From NCBI RefSeq assembly GCF_023055435.1, contig NW_025964372.1, positions 5,766,001 to 5,830,000 of the forward strand: a stretch of 64,000 nucleotides of DNA. Direction: 5' to 3'. The notes under the pieces were generated by a model, which searched no databases, was not told the origin of the DNA, and worked only from the letters and a program-made list of their open reading frames with translations. This document shows positions 11,101 through 22,603 of this stretch, piece after piece. How positions within the stretch are numbered: the first letter of the stretch is position 1; each line of letters begins with the position of its first letter. The DNA comes from Haliotis rufescens. Taxonomy: Eukaryota. A program made the translations under genes and the position numbers.

Positions 11101-12145
11101 CAATTTTGAAGGGAAACATAATTAATTAAGGAATTTCTGTGTAGATTTTAGTTCAAATGATACAAATAATAACGAACCTAGTTGTACTTATTATTACGGA
11201 ACACAGAAAAGAAATGGCAATACATATTGTTTGAAAAGCCGGTATCCATGGTAGTCCTAGAGGAGGTGCAACATGAAATCACCTCACTCACTCTGTCCTT
11301 TATTTACCGCCTCCGTGGCCTAGTGGTAGAGTGTCCGCCTGGAGAGCGGAAGGTCCAGGGTTAGATCCCGACCGCGTCATAACAAAAGACTTTAAAAGAT
11401 GGTACTTCTTGTTACCCTGTCTGGCGCTTGGTATTAAGGGGCTAAAACAAGAACTGGTCGGCTCGAGGTCAGTATACTGTGTCTGAGTGGGGTATTCATG
11501 TTAAACTGCGGCATGGTATCTCATTGTGCTGGCACTATAAATCGGCATCAGTCCGGACTAGTACAAGCAGCCACACACACACACGTACATGCACGTCGCT
11601 ATATAAGTGCAATAATCTTGGACGCGACGTTAAACCCCATTTCACCTCACCTCACCTGTCCTTTATTTGTTTTTGTTTTTGTTTTTTCATGGTAATCTTC
11701 CCCTTGTGTTGTGTTTCAGGAAATGACGAGTCTTGCTATCGGAATAGACGGTCCAGCAGAAGATGAGGAACCGGATGACTATGTGTGGGATGATTTCACA
11801 AATGATGAATATGGCAACATTGACAATGCCATCAAGGATGCCATGGAAACGCTGATAACACACATTGAAGAGAAACATGACATTGAGCTGGACATTAGGG
11901 TATCTCGGCCCTTGCATGTCAAAGACGAAGGCCTTTCCAAATACATGACAAAAATGAAGAAACTGTCCAAGACGAAATATTCCAAGGATTATCGGAGAGG
12001 TCATCGGAATGAGAGAGATTCTCGGTATGAGAGAGATTCCCGGAATGAGAGATATTCTTGGAATGAGAGAGATTCTCGGAATGAGAGAGATTCTTGGAAT
12101 GAGAAAGATTCTTGGAATGAGAAAGATTCTCGAAGATACTATTAA
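5149..12145 (+). CDS. PTRH1: Peptidyl-tRNA hydrolase (Pth1/PTRH1)-family protein, 341 aa, predicted mitochondrial, catalytic residues substituted
   Basis: Exons 5149-5382, 7986-8208, 9823-9922, 10681-10723, 11720-12145, all GT-AG and in frame. Translation NKFL|IVGLGNPEMQSSRYSVGMQFVDLLAKR...LLKPRLPVNINGASV...VYLVHALPDL...SYSGVASTVETLNSD|EMTSLAIGIDGP...YVWDDF is colinear with the Pth fold motifs LIVGLGNP, RHNxG, LLxP-xMN, VHDELD, GHNG and RLRIGIGxP. Symbol assigned from family and position next to CFAP157; could be a paralog. Confidence 0.85.
6185..6259 (-). pseudogene. Degenerate tRNA-like sequence (tRNA-Ile-like SINE head or pseudo-tRNA)
   Basis: Minus strand reads gtagctcagtcggttag...gctaacaa...aaggtcgcgggttcgcgtcc with A/B-box-like segments, but the acceptor stem does not pair. 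Confidence 0.5.
7583..7748 (+). mobile_element. SINE family D, 5'-truncated
   Basis: Matches the 3' half of the copy at 14662-14940 (ttatgtttctaggtttgtcagcacc...actcactca). Confidence 0.8.
8343..8666 (+). mobile_element. tRNA-derived SINE family B (MetaSINE-like central domain)
   Basis: tRNA-like head, then gtcatacccaaagacgttaaaagatggtacttgttgttaccctg core. Flanked by an imperfect TSD, cattgtt(t/c)gtgg. Several near-identical copies in the window. Confidence 0.85.
9230..9759 (-). mobile_element. MITE family E (~70-bp TIRs), diverged copy
   Basis: TIR catc..cc.gagcaagggagttaactgac and its reverse complement. Internal sequence matches the copies at 32037 and 38310. Confidence 0.85.
10039..10170. 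other. Assembly gap (132 N) in PTRH1-like intron 3
   Basis: Run of N bases. Confidence 1.
10206..10482 (+). mobile_element. Retroposon family A (no tRNA head, GACCCGTGAAG start, (AAAC)n tail)
   Basis: Near-identical to more than 12 other copies in the window. Confidence 0.9.
11307..11655 (+). mobile_element. SINE family B (MetaSINE-like), full length
   Basis: tRNA head, (cacct)n tail and a 13-bp TSD, ctgtcctttattt. Confidence 0.9.
12005..12133 (+). repeat. Coding 18-bp tandem repeat giving (R/W)(N/Y)E(R/K)(D/Y)S x7
   Basis: cggaatgagagagattct-type units in frame in the last PTRH1-like exon. Confidence 0.9.
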
Positions 12146-14143
12146 TCATGTAAATAATGGCTGTGATTGTGATGGATTGTGCTTCAGACAAGCCTCCGTA
12201 TGCAGTACATTTGTTCTGGATACAATATTTTACTTAGTTGTTATTCTGTTACCATGGTTACTCAGACCTTTATTGCCAAATCTGTTATTGCCAGTGCCAC
12301 AGATTTGAATTTGTTCTCAGTTGTATCATTATTGGCTGTACAACCATTACAGTCGGCACTTTTACTCTGATCGGCCTTTGACAACACTATTCGGAAATAT
12401 CTATCTAACTAAAAATCCACACAGAGCACAAGTATTCCTTTTCGATACTACACCCTTTTCAGGTTAAATGTCATGGCGCTTAGAAATGACAGGGTGTATG
12501 AAATAACCTCATCATATGTAGTACTGGCTTTATTATTTTCCATTCAGAATTGGCTGTTCATGTTCATTTTCGAGATCAGAAAATGCTGTTCTGAATGATT
12601 TGTTCGCTCGTACAGAGAAATTAGACTTCTTGACACTGATCAGCTGATTAAAAGGTTGACCTGGGACAACCCCACATGGAAACTTTGTCTGATCATCACA
12701 CAGAGAGGTATTGTGTTGGATTCATTTGGAGTAAAAGATGTGACTTTAATGAGATTGGTGTGGTGCATCTGTTGCCAGCTTTTCTCATTAGCTATCGCTG
12801 CATCCCATTACAGGTCATGTCAGAACTACCAAAGGCCTTTCATCTGGCCAATCAGTGCATCGCTTATGGCATCGCAAGAGAGAAAATCTGATTGTGGATT
12901 CTAATCATGCGGCCATGAAATGGTTAATACAGGGTATTCCGAATGACAGTTATTGGAAGTACGACTCATTCTGTCAAAATCATCGTCAGTCTCCCTATAA
13001 ACATTCATAGCCCATGGAAAGTACTGCCATACAATCTCTGCCTTCTATTAGATTTTCCAGAATTTTCTTGTATTCAGTTTTCAAATTTTATATCAAGAAT
13101 TTTGAGAATATTTTTCAAAGCCTAGTCTGGAAAGAAAGTCGCCATTTTAGAATTAGTGTCGTAAAACCCAAGAAAGCTGCTTTCTGATTGGCTAATGTTG
13201 ACTTCCTGTTAGTCATGTCACTGGTTGATCAAAGTTTGCGAAGGGTCATTCTGACGTGACCTGTAAAAGGATGGCCTCAGATCTTTGGTGTTGCGGTAGC
13301 AAACTATAATACAAACAAACTAAGCTTTCTCATCAGAAGTTTGTGTTTTCCTTTCATTTTCTGATGGGAAGAAAATACATCGTCATCCATGATGACAGAA
13401 TTAGACACAAAGAGAACTCTTCCATAAAAAAGAAAATTATTATTATAAAAACTACTACAAAAACCATATTTCTTATTTAACAAAACCAAAATGTTTTGAT
13501 TGCTCTGAAAATAATTCTTCACACGAAATGACCTTAGACTTGTTTCCAGTTTTCTTGTAGCCAAATAATGGCATTCTTGTCACATTTGAAGAAATTTGAA
13601 ACTGGAAGGGTACCGGTATGTTGAGAAGGGCAGTCATTCTTAATCTTGATAAGTTGGCTGCCGTAAAATTTGATGCTAGTTTAAGATATTGTATCTTGAT
13701 ATGATGTGTAAAAATGTCTTCGATAAATATTTTGCTTTTACCAATCTATTAACTGAGAAAACTTCATGCAGGATTGTGAGTGAGTAATATTATCACATTA
13801 TTTAATATGTTTGCCATGTTTCCACACTAAGATAACAATAATAATCTTTGAAAACTTAATGCTGTGATTGGTATTGTGTGCGTATATTGGAGAGAAGGGA
13901 GGAGGCTTTGGGGATGCCAGATTTTTGCTTACAGTTGACAAAATGTGTTCATTATCTGTAAGATTACTGAGGGGAATAGGTGGCCCAGAGTTACATCCCT
14001 TTGGCATGCCAGGAACCTATCATCGTTGGTTAAAATCTCAGATTTGCACTGTTTATGTTCCTAGGTTTGTCAGCACCATACCCGTGAGTGGTAAGCATCT
14101 AACATCTGCATTGCTTTGGCTTTCACCACAGCAAGCTTACACG

Positions 14144-14273
14144 CATCTTCCCAAGGCACGGACGTTAAGTGACTATGAAAGTCCAGTTTCCCCCTTGCTA
14201 GTAATTCCAGACCAGTTCAGCAAGGATGGAAACTGGACTTTTATAATCACTTTAACCTAGCCTTGGGAAGATG
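14144..14273. mobile_element. MITE family E, TIR-only miniature
   Basis: catcttccc...gggaagatg termini with a near-identical 9-bp TSD, gcttacacg/gctgacacg. Confidence 0.75.
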
Positions 14274-14661
14274 GCTGACACGCTGTTTGAAAGATTGTTT
14301 AGAGCAGTGTCTTGTATGTACTTCCTATTCTTTTATATGTTGAAACGGGTATTAAATATTATGACAAAATTAGTTAGTATGTGAATCTAGTTAGATTTTA
14401 TCATGTTCAGTTTTGGACAACCTAGTCAAAACTTGAAATATGCCCAGCATCAAAAGTTAAGCACCATCCAATTTTGATTAAACAGACATTACAGTGTATT
14501 AGTATTATAGATTCAGGTCTTGGTGTTTTTGCAAATACAAATTTGTGTTTTGTGTCTGTCCCAAATAACCTAAACCTGATTATTGCAGAATGCTCCAACA
14601 GGTGTAATCATGAACATAACTTGAGGCACTCGTTATGGGGTTCTCTGGTCACTAATCAAGC

Positions 14662-14940
14662 GGGGGCACGGGTGTCCAGTCGTCTAAGGTGCCGCGATTC
14701 GCTGTGCAGAGTTGCGTCCCTTGGGCACGCCAGAAACCTATGATTGTGGGTTTGAATCCCGGTTCGCCCTGATTATGTTTCTAGGTTTGTCAGCACCATA
14801 CCCGTGCTCATGGGTTTCACCGAAGTGGTAAACGTCTAAGACCTGCATAACTTGGGGCTTTCCTCCCACAATCAGCAGACACGCCATAATATAACTGGAA
14901 TACTGTTATAAGCGGCGTTAAACCCAACTCACTCACTCAC
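14662..14940 (+). mobile_element. tRNA-derived SINE family D
   Basis: Head gtccagtcgtctaaggtgcc...gggtttgaatccc (tRNA-Leu-like A/B boxes), shared tail ctggaatactgt..agcggcgttaaaccca(actc)n. Confidence 0.85.
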
Positions 14941-15606
14941 ACTTGATCAATGGCTGCCGAAGTGTCAGGACAGATCCTGGTACATATTCTTCAGTTGTCT
15001 TGAGACAATGCCTTGTACATAGGAAGTGTGTAGTTTGATAGTGTTATTGATGAAGGGTATATTTGACATGTTCAGGTCTGTCTTAGAAACAAATTATCTT
15101 CTGGGACAAGCGGAACAGAAATGATTTATTGTGATATCAATATGTAGAACATTTTTTCATCAATAAATTACAAACCAAACTTGATCTTCAGACTTTTATT
15201 TCTGTGTTTATTACATCGTAAGTGATGCCATGGTTTACACTAGAAAAACATCTGTGTAATATGAACTAATACTTCTGCTTTATTGACTAGACAACATGGA
15301 CGATGGTCAAACACATGTCAAACACATGCTCCTCAAATAAGGGAGGATTTAAGAAGAATCTACTGGCCATCATACTGATGAGGATTCTGGTTCAGACTTG
15401 GTCCCCAGCAACCTATGCTGGTCATTGAGACGACCAGATGAATTGGGTGGTAAGGCTCAGGGTCATTGTACCAGAGCGGTGTGAATCATTCTGTCAAATA
15501 CCTAGAATATTGCTGAATGTCAAACCAAATCACACATGGAATTGGGCGGTGAAGTCACTTCAATGTAAACTGTTAGCAGAACTCACCATGGTCACAGCAC
15601 TGTAAT

Positions 15607-15902
15607 GAGTGAGTGAGTGAGGGAGTGAGTTGGATTTAACACCACTTTTAACAGTATTCCAGTTATATCACAGCGTGTAATGTCTCCTTAATGTGAGAGG
15701 AAAGCCCAAAGTGATGCAGGTCTCAGACGTTTACCACTTTGGTGCAACCCACAAGCACAGGTATGGTGCTGACAAACCTAGAAACATAATTGGGGCGAAC
15801 CAGGATTTGAACCCACAAACTTAGGTTTCTGGCATGCCCAAGGGACGTAACTCTGCACAGCGAATCGCGGCACCTAAGATGACTGGGCAACCCGTGCCCC
15901 CC
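15607..15902 (-). mobile_element. SINE family D
   Basis: Reverse complement of 14662-14940. Confidence 0.85.
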
Positions 15903-16285
15903 AGCAATGTAATATCATCCATAGAAAATCACTGTTTGTTAAAAATTGAGGGAACTATTCATCCATTTGTTAATATGTTTTCTCACTAATATACAGGAAT
16001 TATGCAAATTATTTTCTTTAAGAATAAGATGTTATCAATCTGTGGTAAAAACATTAATTACTATTTGTGGTATTTTAATATACTGATTTCCTACATGCAT
16101 CTACAGTTAAGTATTAATCTGGTGAATTAGTGTTCTGAATGCACAGTGCCCAACTTTTTTTTTTTTCTAACAATTAAATTAGATTTTAAAATACCTATCA
16201 GATAAAACCTTTAATACCTTACATAGACCAGCAGAAGTGTGAATCTAAGCTTGTGAAGTAATCCGAGCTCTCTGGTTAACAAACT

Positions 16286-16552
16286 TTGGTTTTGTTTTGT
16301 TTGTTGTTTTACGCCGCACTCAGCAATATTCCAGCTATATGACGGCGGTCTGTAAATAATCGAGTCTGGTCCAGACAATCCAGTGATTGATATCATGAGC
16401 ATCAATCCATGCAATTTGGATCGATGACATGCATCAACCAAGTCAGAGAGCCTGACCACCCGATCCCGTTAGTCGCCTCTTACGACAAGCATAGTCGCCT
16501 TTTACGGCAAACATGGGTTGCTGACCTATTCTACCCCGGAATCTTCACGGGT
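16286..16552 (-). mobile_element. Retroposon family A
   Basis: Full length, TSD taacaaacttt. Confidence 0.9.
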
Positions 16553-16868
16553 AACAAACTTTGAATTATGATGAATGTTGCATCACTAATGGCTTTGTTT
16601 TTAGTGGAAAACCAGGGTTTTGAATTCTTTGTATTAGAGTGCCAATGACATGATTAAAATAAGTTCCTGTTGCTTTAAGGGGACACTTAAAATTTGTTTC
16701 TAGTTTTTTCAAAATGCCTTCAGATTCTGTACATTTTCGAAGCCAATGACAGATGTTCTTTTAAGTAACAAACACCTAATGCAACGTATAATATTAATTA
16801 AATTAATGAAGTGATTCAGGACTTGAATTCCAATGTCATCAGTTACCAATCTCAATGAAAAGGAAGAA

Positions 16869-17129
16869 GACCCGTGAAGATTGGGGTAGAATGGGTCTTC
16901 AGCAACCCAAGTTTGCTGTAAGAGGAGACTTTGCTTGTCGCAAGAGGCGACTAACGGGATCAAGTGGTCAGACTCGCTGACTTGATTGATGCACATCATC
17001 GAATCCCAATTGCATAGTTTGATGCTCATGATATCAATCACTGGATTGTCTGGTCCAGACTCGATTATTTACAGACCGCCATCATATAGCTGGAATATTG
17101 CTGAGTGCGGCGTTAAACAACAAACAAAC
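16869..17129 (+). mobile_element. Retroposon family A
   Basis: Full length, imperfect TSD gaaaagg.ag.a. Confidence 0.9.
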
Positions 17130-17928
17130 GAAAAGGTAGGAGGCTTTAATTGAAATTAGTTAATATCTAGTTCATGGTGAAATGAGTTTGAAGATGGATC
17201 AAAGTATTCAAAAGACACACTTAGTTCCAAATGGCACACCTAAACATCTTTGTAAGCGCCCTGGGGCACACTCGAAATGGAATATGTCTTTCCCTGAAGA
17301 GTGACAAAGTGATTCTTTTCACTCAAGTTTTCATTCACCAATTGTTAAACCTGCTAAATGGATGTGTACTTCTTGTCAATATCAGCTTGCCGTGAAAGGT
17401 GTTGACTGACTATTTCAAGTTTCACATTCAGTTACTTTTGTGGGAAAGAAATATTTGTGAAAATGAGAAGAGAAACATGGACAACTGGCTCTCAAGCATG
17501 GCTGACATTGGGAGGATTACCTAGGATTATTTATTAACACTTACATTATGGTGAAAATGGCTACATCGAAAAATGAAATATACCAACTGAGCACAGTCCC
17601 CTGACTGGTACCCTTTTACAATGACATCTATTTCGGCTATTTGTATCTGTAGTAAAGGATTCCTGGTGTTCAGGTGGGATGATCTTCACTGCTTCATAAA
17701 TAGCTGCTACCTGTAACAAAATAGATTTTATTCTTAATTATCTGTCTTATACAACTACATTGTATAAAAAATGTGCTGTTTTCATTCATGATAATTTTCT
17801 CAGCTCAGTATTTAGTGAAAAAAGAAATGATGTTCACCAATTTTGGCACCAAAGTTCAAGGCCTGATATAATAACCAAATTCTGGAAGAGTAGAATTTCA
17901 ATTAGAACAGTTCACCTATACATCATCA

Positions 17929-18900
17929 TATGAGGAGAGATTGATAGGTTCCAAGCCTGACATCGGAAGACTTGACTATAAGACATTAATATGATTTATT
18001 TTTCAACATTATACCCTTCTACATTGAGACACTTTTGGACAATGTTGAAGGGATTTCTCTTGGCTTGTCCTCTTGGCTGTCCAAAACGTTTTCCACAGCT
18101 GCTATGTCATGTTTGGGAACAGGTGGAAGTTTGACAGAGCCAGATAGGAAAATAAGGTTGGCGCTGAAGGAGTTCACAGCCACTCGTGGATAGTAGCCAT
18201 GGGAATGACTAATTTGTGCACTGGCATATTGTCCTGGCAGAAGAGTACACCTCTTAGTTTCCTGCAGTTGCCTCAAAGGTGCAGCATTATATGCTCCGTT
18301 TATTGTGTGGCCTTTTAGAAGATAGTACACCATGATGACACCCTTGAACCATGACACCATGATGACAACACAAAGGCCATAACTTTCCATCTGATGCAAC
18401 AGCCTTCGTCCTCTTTGGCAGTGGTTATGCCAAATGCTTCCAAACGTTTGAAATTGTGGTTTGGACTCAGGTTTCATCCATTGTTAAAAATCATTGCAAA
18501 AACCTTTCTGGTTCAGCTTCAAACAGAGCTAGATTATCAGGAGACATGCTTGGTGCGTTTTGGATCAGAGGTCGAAGGTTATAGCATCCAACAAGGTGAT
18601 ACTATCAGCTCCAGTTTCTGTAATAATGGAATGTACTGTCTCCTTGGAAATGCCTTTGAACTGGCAATATGACACTAAGTCATTTGCTGGTCAGTTGTCA
18701 CTGTATCGTGGATTCTGTGGATCATTTCCGGTGTTGCTGACATGACAGGCCTTCCAGGACAGGGGTCACTGGACACTTCCATGCTTAAACTCTGCTGCCC
18801 ACTCTGATGCTGTACACATGTCTTCACATGGCTTTTTTCTGCAAGTTATTGATCACTACAAGTTCCTTAATTTTTCCTTGATATACCTCTATGACATCAT
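17929..18900 (-). mobile_element. Decayed mariner-type (Tc1/mariner) transposon
   Basis: Minus-strand fragments WAAEFKHG...DPCPGRP (HTH region) and WFKGVIMVYYLLKGHTINGAYNAAPLRQLQE (mariner DD domain) with frameshifts. TIR-like tatgaggagagattgataggttccaagcctgac at 17929. Right boundary approximate. Confidence 0.8.
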
Positions 18901-19226
18901 GTAATGTCCACAACAAAAGCTTTTTATTTATTTATTGCAAAGACTGACACAAGATCCACTTCACAAAGTTATCAGATGTCTGGAGGCAGTAACCCAGCAG
19001 CATGTTGCTAGTGGCATGATCGTGTCCAGGGCGACCCACAGCTTCTGGGTGGAATACACCACCACCAGTGTCTGTTGACCAGTATTGCTACATTAGATTC
19101 TTGATTCACAACAGCTACTACCATCGATGGATGTCTTGTGAGACTATGCATAACCAACAGATGGATCATTGTTTCATTGCATCTAGGGTTAATATTGAAG
19201 AGGGAATTGTCCTAAAATACATTTGG

Positions 19227-21335
19227 GTGGAGCAAGGGGAGATGGTGGAGCAAGGGGAGATGGTGGAGCAAGGGAGATGGTGGAGCAAGGGGAGATGATG
19301 GAGCAGGGGGAGATGGTGGAGCAAGGGGAGATGGTGGAGCAAGGGGAAATGGTGGAGCAAGGGCAGATGGTGGAGCAAGGGCAGATGGTGGAGCAAGGGC
19401 AGAAGGTGGAGCAAAGTAGAGGGTCGAGCAAAGGAGAGATGGTGGAGTAGATGGTGGAGCAAGGTCAGATGGTGGAGCAAGGGGAGATGGTGGAGCAAGG
19501 GAGATGGTGGAGCAAGGGGAGATGGTGGAGCAAGGGAGATGGTGGAGCAAGGGCAGAAGGTGGAGCAAGGGGAGATGATGGAGCAAGGGGAGATGGTGGA
19601 GCAAGGGGAGATGATGGAGCAAGGGAGATGGTGGAGCAAGGGGAGATGGTGGAGCAAGGGAGATGGTGGAGCAAGGGGAGATGGTGGAGCAAGGGGAGAT
19701 GGTGGAGCAAGGGAGATGGTGGAGCAAGGGAGATGGTGGAGCAAGGGGAGATGGTGGAGCAAGGGGAGATGGTGGAGCAAGGGGAGATGGTGGAGCAAGG
19801 GCAGAAGGTGGAGCAAGGGGAGATGGTGGAGCAAAGGAGAGATGGTGGAGCAAGGGGAGATGGTGGAGCAAGGGGAGATGGTGGAGCAAGGGAGATGGTG
19901 GAGCAAGGGAGATGGTGGAGCAAGGGGAGATGGTGGAGCAAGGGAGATGGTGGAGCAAGGGAGATGGTGGAGCAAGGACAGATGGTGGAGAAAGGGGAGA
20001 TGGTGGAGCAAGGGAGATGGTGGAGCAAGGGGAGATGGTGGAGCAAGGGAGATGGTGGAGCAAGGGAGATGGTGGAGCAAGGGAGATGGTGGAGCAAGGG
20101 GAGATGGTGGAGCAAGGGGAGATGGTTGAGCAAGGGGAGATGGTGGAGCAGGGAGATGGTGGAGCAAGGGGAGATGGTGGAGCAAGGGAGATGGTGGAGC
20201 AAGGGGAGATGGTGGAGCAAAGGAGAGGTGGTGGAGTAGATGATGGAGCAAGGTCAGATGGTGGAGCAAGGGGAGATGGTGGAGCAAAGGAGATGGTGGA
20301 GCAAAGGAGAGGTGGTGGAGTAGATGATGGAGCAAGGTCAGATGGTGGAGCAAGGGGAGATGGTGGAGCAAGGGGAGATGTGGAGCAAGGGAGATGGTTG
20401 AGCAAGGGGAAAGGTTGAGCAAGGGAGATGGTGGAGCAAGGACAGATGGTGGAGCAAGGGCAGAAGGTGGAGCAAGGGGAGATGGTGGAGCAAGGGCAGA
20501 AGGTGGAGAAAGGGCAGATGGTGGAGCAAGGGGAGAAGGTGGAGCAAGGGCAGAAGGTGGAGCAAGGGGGATAAGGACAGATGATGGAGCAAGGGAAGAT
20601 AGTAGAGCACAGACAGATGGTGGAGCAAGGGAAGATGGTGGAGCAAGGACAGATGGTGGAGCAAGGACAGATGGTGTGGCAATCGGAGATGGTGGAGCAA
20701 GGGCAGAAGGTGGAGCAAGGGGGACAAGGACAGATGATGGAGCAAGGGGAGATAGTAGAGCATGGACAGATGGTGGAGCAAGGGCAGAAGGTGGAGCAAG
20801 GGAGATGGTGGAGCAAGGGGAGATGGTGGAGCAAGGGGAGATGGTTGAGCAAGGGCAGAAGGTGGAGAAAGGGCAGATGGTGGAGCAAGGGGAGAAGGTG
20901 GAGCAAGGGCAGAAGGTGGAGCAAGGGGGATAAGGACAGATGATGGAGCAAGGGGAGATAGTAGAGCACAGACAGATGGTGGAGCAAGGGAAGATGGTGG
21001 AGCAAGGACAGATGGTGGAGCAAGGACAGATGGTGTGGCAATCGGAGATGGTGGAGCAAGGGCAGAAGGTGGAGCAAGGGGGACAAGGACAGATGATGGA
21101 GCAAGGGGAGATAGTAGAGCATGGACAGATGGTGGAGCAAGGGCAGAAGGTGGAGGAAGGGGGACAAGGACAGATGATGGAGCAAGGGGAGATAGTAGAG
21201 CATGGACAGATGGTGGAGCAAGGGCAGAAGGTGGAGGAAGGGGGACAAGGACAGATGATGGAGCAAGGGGAGATAGTAGAGCACGGACAGATGGCGGAGC
21301 AAGGGAAGATGGTGGAGCAAGGACAGATGGTGGAG
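19227..21335 (+). repeat. Purine-rich 17/18-bp minisatellite (gatggtggagcaagggga) with higher-order blocks
   Basis: More than 100 units. A 359-bp block repeats (atggtgtggcaatcggag at 20671 and 21030), and there are 81-bp sub-blocks at about 21081, 21162 and 21243. Confidence 0.97.
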
Positions 21336-22603
21336 CCATCAACCAACTCATTCCTTGTACATACGAATACATATACTTTGCATGTAGTCATTATTTATAA
21401 CCAACAAAACAAACCACATCCTGGTATTAACAAAGACTTCAAGAAAAAGTGAATAAGAAAAGTGATCCGACTAATGAGCTTGAACGCTCAGATTACATCG
21501 CAAGAAAACGTACATAGATAAGTCTTTACATTGCAGAAACAGTAATATTTCTTCTGCAACACATCACAGATTTGCAGCCATCGACTCTAAATACTGCTTT
21601 AATATCAGGTAACAAAAGGTCCCTGCACAGGATTGGGTTCACTTGAGTGTCCTCAGTTATATACGGCCTAATGTCATTTCTTGATAAACATCTGTCACTA
21701 CTACACAATATAGGCTGTATCAATGGTGATGGCGTAACTCAGTGTTTACAAACCCTTGAAACATTGATGATGCATCACATTCAGATGAGTGACAAGATAT
21801 GTGACATATTCAAGACAGTGAAAAGATAAGAAGATGCTGTGACTAAGATGCAGGTTTTTTATTTCTCAAAAAAAGAAAGAAAAACACCTGTGCATTAATA
21901 AAATATACTTTCAATATCACACGATAAGTAGAATTTAAATATACACACAACAATAATACTAAAGATGAATTGACTATTAACAAAATCTGTCCAAGTTTAA
22001 AATCACTTTGATCCTAAATTTGTACAAAGATCAATATTTCTTTTTACACAGCTTAAATCAAATAAACAAATGTACAGATATGTTAAATCTGTAAACAAAT
22101 AAGATACATAATTGTTATGTACATAAATATATTTGCCAATTAACTGGACGGAATTATATTTAGTTGCGCAAAATGTAAATGTTAAATTTCAAAGGTTTTA
22201 AGTTCATGATTTTGACTTCAAATTTAATTGTCATATTGACAGATATAAAAACCTATATCACAAATTTACATGGCTAATAACATAAAACTAATTCAATTTT
22301 TGATTCAATAAATTTAAAAAACATATCACATAACAATCCTAAAGATAATCAACAAAATCATGTGACCAATTCATTGAATTCACTTAATTTCAGGCTATAT
22401 TGTTATTGGAATTATTTGATAATTGGACATCAACATAGGAAGTGAATGTGAAATGTGATTGACACAATGTTGTTAATAGCATGTCAATATCAGAAGTGAA
22501 GACTGTGTTTACAGTGAGCTGCATGATCAGAATGATGTATATTTCATCACAGATGTCACTGATTGGCAAGGCATGCAATGTGCTCAGTGTCATATACACA
22601 GCT

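Noticed and set aside
17560-17710. Possible minus-strand exon (ttacag|VAAIYEAVKIIPPEHQESF...)
   Set aside because: It has an acceptor-like site but no recognisable homology or partner exon, and CFAP157 already has a good terminal exon at 22756-22604.
19166-21452. Many long ORFs (up to 741 aa) on both strands
   Set aside because: They arise from a stop-free minisatellite. Mixed 17- and 18-bp units switch frames at random, and there is no splice or domain support.
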